A DNA stretch of 58,635 bases, filler included, from Squatina squatina (lineage: Eukaryota), in NCBI GenBank assembly GCA_031763465.1. It is 3 parts of 3 records of this genome, joined end to end, with 100 filler letters (N's around TTAATTAATTAA, not from the genome) between each part and the next. Parts side by side here need not be neighbours in the genome. Positions count along the whole stretch, not along the records: positions 39,403 to 58,635 come from JARFOE010000222.1; 2 more parts are not named here. One strand, 5' to 3'. A model generated the notes under the pieces. That model was not told the DNA's origin, searched no databases, and saw only the letters and a list, made by a program, of their open reading frames with translations. Each line of letters starts with the position of its first letter. Positions within the stretch are counted from its first letter, which is position 1. The translations under genes were made by a program, and so were the position numbers. Below are positions 52,010 through 58,635 of the stretch, piece by piece.

Positions 52010-52171
52010 AAGGAACTCAAGGGACAGCACCTCATCTTTCGATTAGGCACTTTACAGCCTTCTGGACTCAACACTGAGTTCAAGTGACAGGCGACTGGAA
52101 GTTCGGGATCACGCTTACGGAGTGGCCTGTCATTTTAATTCTCCACTTCATTCCCACTCGGACCTCTGTCT
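52010..52171 (+). mobile_element. Penelope-like fragment
   Basis: Reads QHLIFRLGTLQPSGLNTEF. Confidence 0.75.
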
Positions 52172-54109
52172 NNNNNNNNNNNNNNNNNNNNNNNNNNNNN
52201 NNNNNNNNNNNNNNNNNNNNNNNNNNNNNNNNNNNNNNNNNNNNNNNNNNNNNNNNNNNNNNNNNNNNNNNCTGCAGGTTCACGACAGAGAGCCATTTGT
52301 CTTTTAACCCTGCTGGTGGTTCAGTGTTGCTCATACACACCTTTTCTGAACAGTGCTGAATTCTAGGTGTTGTGAAGTTATCTCTCATTTAGTTTTTGTT
52401 AATCTTTGTACACCCTCTTTAGTCTTCTCCTCCCCACTGTTCACTGTGGGGGAAACCTGTTCCTGTTCAGCTGTGCTGCCCCCACGTGTTATAATTGTGA
52501 ACTTGTTGAGGTCCTTCACAGCAGACTGCTCTCTGAGTGTGGCTTTAGGTTGTTAATTATTGATAACCATTGCCTCTTTTGTTAAAAATCCTTATTAAGT
52601 GGTGCTAATTTCAGTTACTAAATAGCAAGAATCCAATATGGTTTGATTTTAATAAAACAGAAAAATTTCAGCCATGCAACTCGAGCTTCACACCCACCAG
52701 TGCATTTTAAAGTCTGTTGGTGAAAGAGTTAAACTGCTCAGTTCTGTAAAAAAAAACTACGTAAGTATCAGGTTTCTTTTCAAACTTCTGGCTATTTATG
52801 GTATAATAATGTAAGGCTGTTTGAAAGTTCAGGGGAGGAGATCAGTGCTGGAACAGCCAACTGGCGGAAAGCAAGTGGAACTCTTTAAGACAAAGGCACT
52901 GTGTAAGCTCACAGAGCCTCTGCTGTAAGGCGCTCTGTTCCCTCCCGTGGGGCTGAACCAACTACTGGCAGTCCCTTTGTGATGTGTTTGCTACAGTCCA
53001 GATAAACAAGTCGAATATATTTTGCTCAGTCGCTCAGTTTTCTTCTCAGTTTGTACAGCAGCCATACACCAGGGTTAGGTTTGCGCCTCGCCTCTTCACC
53101 TAGTGAGAAGGCAACAATTTTATCCCACCATCCTGAGGAAGAGCTGGCGTTTCCTAAATCAAGGGGGATGTTAGATAGCCGTAGCTATGTTTGTGCATCT
53201 CCCAGAGCAACAGAGGCACAGGCCTTGGAGCAGGCTGCCTCCCAGCTTCATACTTAGGGGCGAAGGTGATTCTATTATTCAGCTAGAGTCACCTACCTGG
53301 CAAATTTGTAGATTGACACAACTGATGGAAGGTTCTTCCACGTTACATAGAAACGAGTTTAATTCTATCAATTTTGGGTTGATAGTGAGCTGATCCACTG
53401 TACAACCCATAATAAGCTTTTCACCGCACAACTCATAGGCCCATAAATTTGATGACACTGCGCTCACTTTACAGGTGTAAAATGGATGCAAAAAACCCTA
53501 AATATGGCAGGTGGCTTGCATGCACATATCCTGAACTGGCAGTGCGGCGTCCGCCTTAATGTTATATGCATCAAAAGAGGCATCCCACACCTGAAATAGG
53601 TGTAAAACTTTTGCATATGCAAATAAGGAGTCTAATGTCTGTTTGATTTCTCCTTTATCCAACTGGTCTGCCCTGGGCTGGCTGTGTTCAGGAAAACCAG
53701 GACTATGTGTAAGGGACTGCTGCAGGCCAGCACCAAAAAGATAAGTTCTTAAAAAGTACTTATCTGAATGTGAAGCCAGGAGGAGCAGGAGTTCTTCATC
53801 TGAGCTGTTGCTATTGTGTCTGCTGTTTTATTCTGGCCATAAACTGAGCTCAGCATACCCCTACAGGCCATCTATGAGATTTTGACATTGCAGTACTATA
53901 AGGTCCTTCCCTTGGCATCAAGGAGCTCTGTAGCTAGATTGTAAATGTACTGTACTGTGAAATGTAGTATTTACTCTGCAGCATGTACTTGGTAATGTAG
54001 CATGACCTGNNNNNNNNNNNNNNNNNNNNNNNNNNNNNNNNNNNNNNNNNNNNNNNNNNNNNNNNNNNNNNNNNNNNNNNNNNNNNNNNNNNNNNNNNNN
54101 NNNNNNNNN

Positions 54110-54312
54110 GTAAAAGTTTGCAACTCTTTTCCAAGACGGCAATTGATGCGAGATCAGTTATGAATTTTAAATATTTTGTCAACCAAAGGTATTAAGGAAT
54201 ATGGGCCAAAGGCAGGTATATGGAGTTAGGTCACAAATCAGCCATGATCTCATTGAATGATGGAACAGGCTCGAGGAGCTGAATGGCCTACTCCTGTTTC
54301 TATGTTCCTATC
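54110..54312 (+). mobile_element. CR1 3' end
   Basis: ggaacaggctcgaggagctgaatggcctactcctgtttctatgttcctat. Confidence 0.85.
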
Positions 54313-54349
54313 AAGTCAAATGGATGCTACAAAACCAGACAAAAAATTA

Positions 54350-57218
54350 ATTATTATTTTTATTAGTTGAATGAAATGTTACATCAAGTAAAAATCCAAT
54401 TATGCACCTTCAGCCAATATATACTTAACCTAGAGATACTCAAACTAAAGCAATAAAATAAACAAGGCCTCCTTTTATTTGAAAATGAAATATTATTGAC
54501 TATAAAACACTCCTCTCAACAAGCAAAACACTGATCCTAATAAGGCATAGGGCAAACTCTTGGGAAATCTTGGCCAAGCTAAGCAGCAAGTGCTGTGTAT
54601 GTAATACAAGAAAACCAAGCACAGTAACATTCTTTTTTAAAATAAAGGTTTCTCATCTTGGACAATTAATTTGTTTCTAGATCAAATGTGTGTGCATGGA
54701 TGTTTTTTTTTCTTTTTAAAATAGTGTCTGACCAAAAGAAAAATTAGGATCCTGTATCACTCCAATCATTCAGATCTGCTCATGTATGTGGCATGGCAAC
54801 ATTCCAGTAGACCAAAGGTCTAGTATCTGACTATTTCAAATCTACCTATTCTCAGGTAATTCACAGGGGGAGAAGATACTATTTTTTGGTGCACATGCGA
54901 GTGAATTTTGAAGATTGAACATTTTTGCCCATCTCAAGATATCTCAGAATAACTCATTTCAAAGCAATTATGTGCAATATAAGGAATTGATCCATCACAT
55001 TTAATGCATGGATCATGTCAGATCTGCTCTTGCTAACAACCCGATAGACCAATTTTTTCTCCTTGTTTAAAGACTACATTCCAGTTTAATACTTTCACCA
55101 GCATTCATTCTAGTTGCATGACAGGATGATACAATGGATTCTTTTTTTTTTTGGGAGGGGAAGGAAAGAAAATTTTTTCAAGCAATATTAAATGTTGTAA
55201 CCACTATAGGCTCTTATTTTAATTTTATGAACCTGAATGCCTTTAGAAAGTGCAAGTTGGATAATAGCACTTTTCTAGGTTGAGAGTACTTTGTATATTT
55301 GGAGCTGCTGAGCCAAGATTTTACAACTTCTTTCTGTTGCTCTTCTCTTTCTCCTTTTTGCCCATAATTCAACCCTTTAGTCAGTATTGCAGGCTTCTTC
55401 ATAACTAGTCAACATTGCAGCATGGGCACCAGACTGAAACTATGTTGGTGAATGAGGATAGTCATCTTTCTTCCTCTTTCCTCCTCCATCATGGTAAGCA
55501 CTCTACTAAGTGGTCCAGTTTGAACTAAGCCAAACACCAGGGTAACTTCAATAATTTGGACTAAGGGGGAAAGAGACTTGAAGGGAAGATAGATAAGATT
55601 ACCCATGGTAATCCAGTGCCAAATCTAGCACTAATCACCATACAATACTTAATAACTTGCCTGTTCTTTATCTGAATAAACATTTTCCGCACCATTTCCA
55701 CTGAAAACTTAAACAATAAAAAATGTAATTGCCATTATTACAGCTGTGTGGCTAACAAGCTGCAGTAACTGAATTCAAACTAGCAGTGTGTAGTGAATGA
55801 GTTAAATGGTTTAAAGTGGGCAAATTCAAAGAATTTCAGATTTGCTCAAAACACACATCTTAAGTGGAAACCTCAGTGCTTAGTTTCCTCACTACCGTTT
55901 TAAGGTGCTCTGGTCAGAAATTAGGAAAGAAGCAATTTTGCACCATAGCCCTCCAACAATAAAGAAAACCATAAACAGGCCTGCCTATTTCTTTATTTTA
56001 GATTTGCTGGAACATCCACAGTAACAAAATAAACTGAAAACAGNNNNNNNNNNNNNNNNNNNNNNNNNNNNNNNNNNNNNNNNNNNNNNNNNNNNNNNNN
56101 NNNNNNNNNNNNNNNNNNNNNNNNNNNNNNNNNNNNNNNNNNNNNNNNNNNNNNNNNNNNNNNNNNNNNNNNNNNNNNNNNNNNNNNNNNNNNNNNNNNN
56201 NNNNNNNNNNNNNNNNNNNNNNNNNNNNNNNNNNNNNNNNNNNNNNNNNNNNNNNNNNNNNNNNNNNNNNNNNNNNNNNNNNNNNNNNNNNNNNNNNNNN
56301 NNNNNNNNNNNNNNNNNNNNNNNNNNNNNNNNNNNNNNNNNNNNNNNNNNNNNNNNNNNNNNNNNNNNNNNNNNNNNNNNNNNNNNNNNNNNNNNNNNNN
56401 NNNNNNNNNNNNNNNNNNNNNNNNNNNNNNNNNNNNNNNNNNNNNNNNNNNNNNNNNNNNNNNNNNNNNNNNNNNNNNNNNNNNNNNNNNNNNNNNNNNN
56501 NNNNNNNNNNNNNNNNNNNNNNNNNNNNNNNNNNNNNNNNNNNNNNNNNNNNNNNNNNNNNNNNNNNNNNNNNNNNNNACTGAAAGTTAGAAATCTTATT
56601 TACAAGATCTTTTTTTGTTATAAGCAGCCAGACCCTGCTCAGAAGTATTAACTCCTTCAAATTCTTCTTCCACTTTATATCTTTTCATAGAAATAAATAT
56701 GGTATTCAGTAAAAGCAGAACTTTGCTTCAGATTCAGCAATTATGTAAATTACATACTAGCTTATAATTTATAATTTACATATTTTAATTGGGATTTTAC
56801 GACTAGTTGAACGATTGCATTGGTAACCCTTCATTTGCTGACTTCACAACATAGTGGCTTTGTTCTTCTTTACTATAAGCATTGCTTCCTTTGAACACCC
56901 ATGATCACCATGGAAACCATTGTTCTGATGTAGCTGTAGTCCTGAATTCCCGATGAAGCTCAAACTAGTTAGTCACCCTTCCAGTTGGTTTGTGTTCATC
57001 TGGTTACCATTGGTTTCTAGGCGTAGTTGGATATTACAGCATCATCCAAAACAGGCAAGAAAACAGATCACTAGTCGTGAAACACGCAATATTGGACTGA
57101 TTCATCCAAATTACAACTGTGGTAAAAATTTTGATCAGAACAGGTCTTTCAGTTATTCTATAACCAATTCCAATAACATTGATCAAAGTTCCACCGCACA
57201 CCTAATTGGAGATCAGTT
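54350..57218 (-). other. ADIPOR2: Probable long ADIPOR2 3' UTR
   Basis: AT-rich stretch downstream of the stop with no recognisable TEs. Minus-strand AATAAA at 55992-55997 and 54474-54479. The true end is unknown. Confidence 0.5.
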
Positions 57219-57347
57219 TCATAGCAAGTCATTATCAGTGCATCCACCGCCAACACCATGACGAAACTCCTGAAGGTTTGAGACTCCATGAAGGTGGACA
57301 AATGCACCAGCCACAACCAGAACATGGAACAGCTGATGAGAATGGAA
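57219..57347 (-). CDS. ADIPOR2: Adiponectin receptor 2, last coding exon
   Basis: After a ctgcag acceptor, phase 0 reads FHSHQLFHVLVVAGAFVHLHGVSNLQEFRHGVGGGCTDNDLL*. It carries the PAQR HxxxH zinc-binding motif and is in phase with the preceding exon. This frame is absent from the ORF track. Confidence 0.95.
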   Translation of the reverse strand, partial: FHSHQLFHVLVVAGAFVHLHGVSNLQEFRHGVGGGCTDNDLL

Positions 57348-57850
57348 CTGCAGAAACAAAAGCAGGGTCGACAGTTAAGATCCAAGAACATAAACTAAGT
57401 ATCAATGTCTCTATCCCATCAAGCAGCTTTTCTTCTGCAAGCTAGTTTCTGAACATCTTGAGATCATCTATCTGAATTTTTATATAAACCTAAAAGTTAT
57501 AACAATTGAGATATCTATAGTTATGGCTATATTCACACAGTAACAAACCATCAACCTTTTTTCCGTGTTTTCAATTATAAAACTGAAAAGATCAGAAACA
57601 TCTATTTTGATTCTCCAATCACAAATTGTGATTGATGCACAGAGCTCTCTAAAGCTTCAGGTCATGGTGAAGAGGATAAGAGGTGCTAGTTAAAGAAAAT
57701 ATCAAACAAGGCAGGGGGAAATTCAGATTTGATTGCTTCGAACTTCAGCAAAAAAAAGTGTTGAACAGCTTAAAAAATGTCTAGGATTATAATTCTCTTT
57801 CTGTATGATGCCTACCCATTACTTAAGAATAGTATTCACTAATTACTTAC

Positions 57851-58044
57851 CCAAATGTCACACTTTCCAGGGAAGAAACGCTCAGGAATACGGGCAGCAT
57901 ATAAGGCAGCTCCTGTGATGTACAATGCTGCCATTAAGAACAACCAGCCAATCTGTCCAATTGTAGCAGCCCTGAAAAATCCTTCAGATATCATAAAGTG
58001 CAGGGTAGGCACAACTCCACTCAGTCCCAATCCTACAAATACTC
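57851..58044 (-). CDS. ADIPOR2: Adiponectin receptor 2, penultimate coding exon (194 nt)
   Basis: Encodes (G)VFVGLGLSGVVPTLHFMISEGFFRAATIGQIGWLFLMAALYITGAALYAARIPERFFPGKCDIW. The AATIGQIGW and GAALYAA segments match ADIPOR2 rather than ADIPOR1. Minus-strand acceptor tcctag at 58045-46 and donor gtaagt at 57850-45. Confidence 0.95.
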
Positions 58045-58635
58045 CTAGGAGGTAAACACAAGACATACAATGAGTTAAATGCAAAAATATCAAACTAGAA
58101 CAGCTTTATTGCAAAACCACTCGCTTCACATTACTTAAGTGTTGAGCACGACAAATATCAGATGCCCCGCAACTATTCCAGGAGTGTTATTTAATTCAAA
58201 TTAGTGTGTATTTAACAAAGTAGCATTGCAACATGAATTATTATAGAAAGCATGCTGGAGACACAGCAGTAAAAATACTAAGATATGAAAATCAGGGTTG
58301 AAATCCCAGTTTTGGAAGGACATTTGGGCTTCCCAGAAGGCAAGTTCTAGTAAGATAAGCCAGGCACCATCACAAATTGTTCAAAGGGTCAACCCTTGAG
58401 TGTTCTTACAGGCAAGTCCTGCTGCCTCTACGACAAAGTGTCCTAAACAGGGACAGATGACCTCAGGATTAATCTTTTGCTTCCGGTTTTATTTACATAG
58501 CTTATTCACATTTACACTGCACACAAGTTTTGATCTTATGAATTTTTCATGACAACAATGCACATAACTGATCAGTCTATGGGCACATGACAGTTGAAAC
58601 AAGAACTGAAACATGCTGATTAAGGAAATAATTTT

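Noticed and set aside
57158-57445. Track ORFs of 77 and 79 aa
   Set aside because: Alternative-frame or antisense shadows of the ADIPOR2 last exon.

Overview
This is a gappy vertebrate draft-assembly window. The repeat content (DeuSINE/SacSINE1-type SINEs, CR1 and L2 LINEs, Penelope, Harbinger relics) points to a cartilaginous fish. Two artificial 44N-TTAATTAATTAA-44N linkers split it into three joined segments: 1-24155, 24256-39302 and 39403-58635. Segment 3 holds the last two coding exons of ADIPOR2 on the minus strand. Facing them tail-to-tail is the terminal GPI-signal exon of a CACNA2D gene, called CACNA2D4 by synteny; the ORF track misses this exon. Harbinger, Gypsy and Penelope relics lie between the two genes. 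Segment 1 is TE-dense and carries a disabled 13-finger C2H2 zinc-finger gene on the minus strand. It also carries a chain of 6-8 plus-strand, splice-site-bounded, phase-compatible exon-like blocks with scattered in-frame stops. These look like a decaying multi-exon gene whose family I cannot identify, and are the main lead. Segment 2 is AT-rich non-coding DNA with TEs and a minisatellite. I see no convincing new biological system beyond these leads. TE coordinates are approximate and read by eye.
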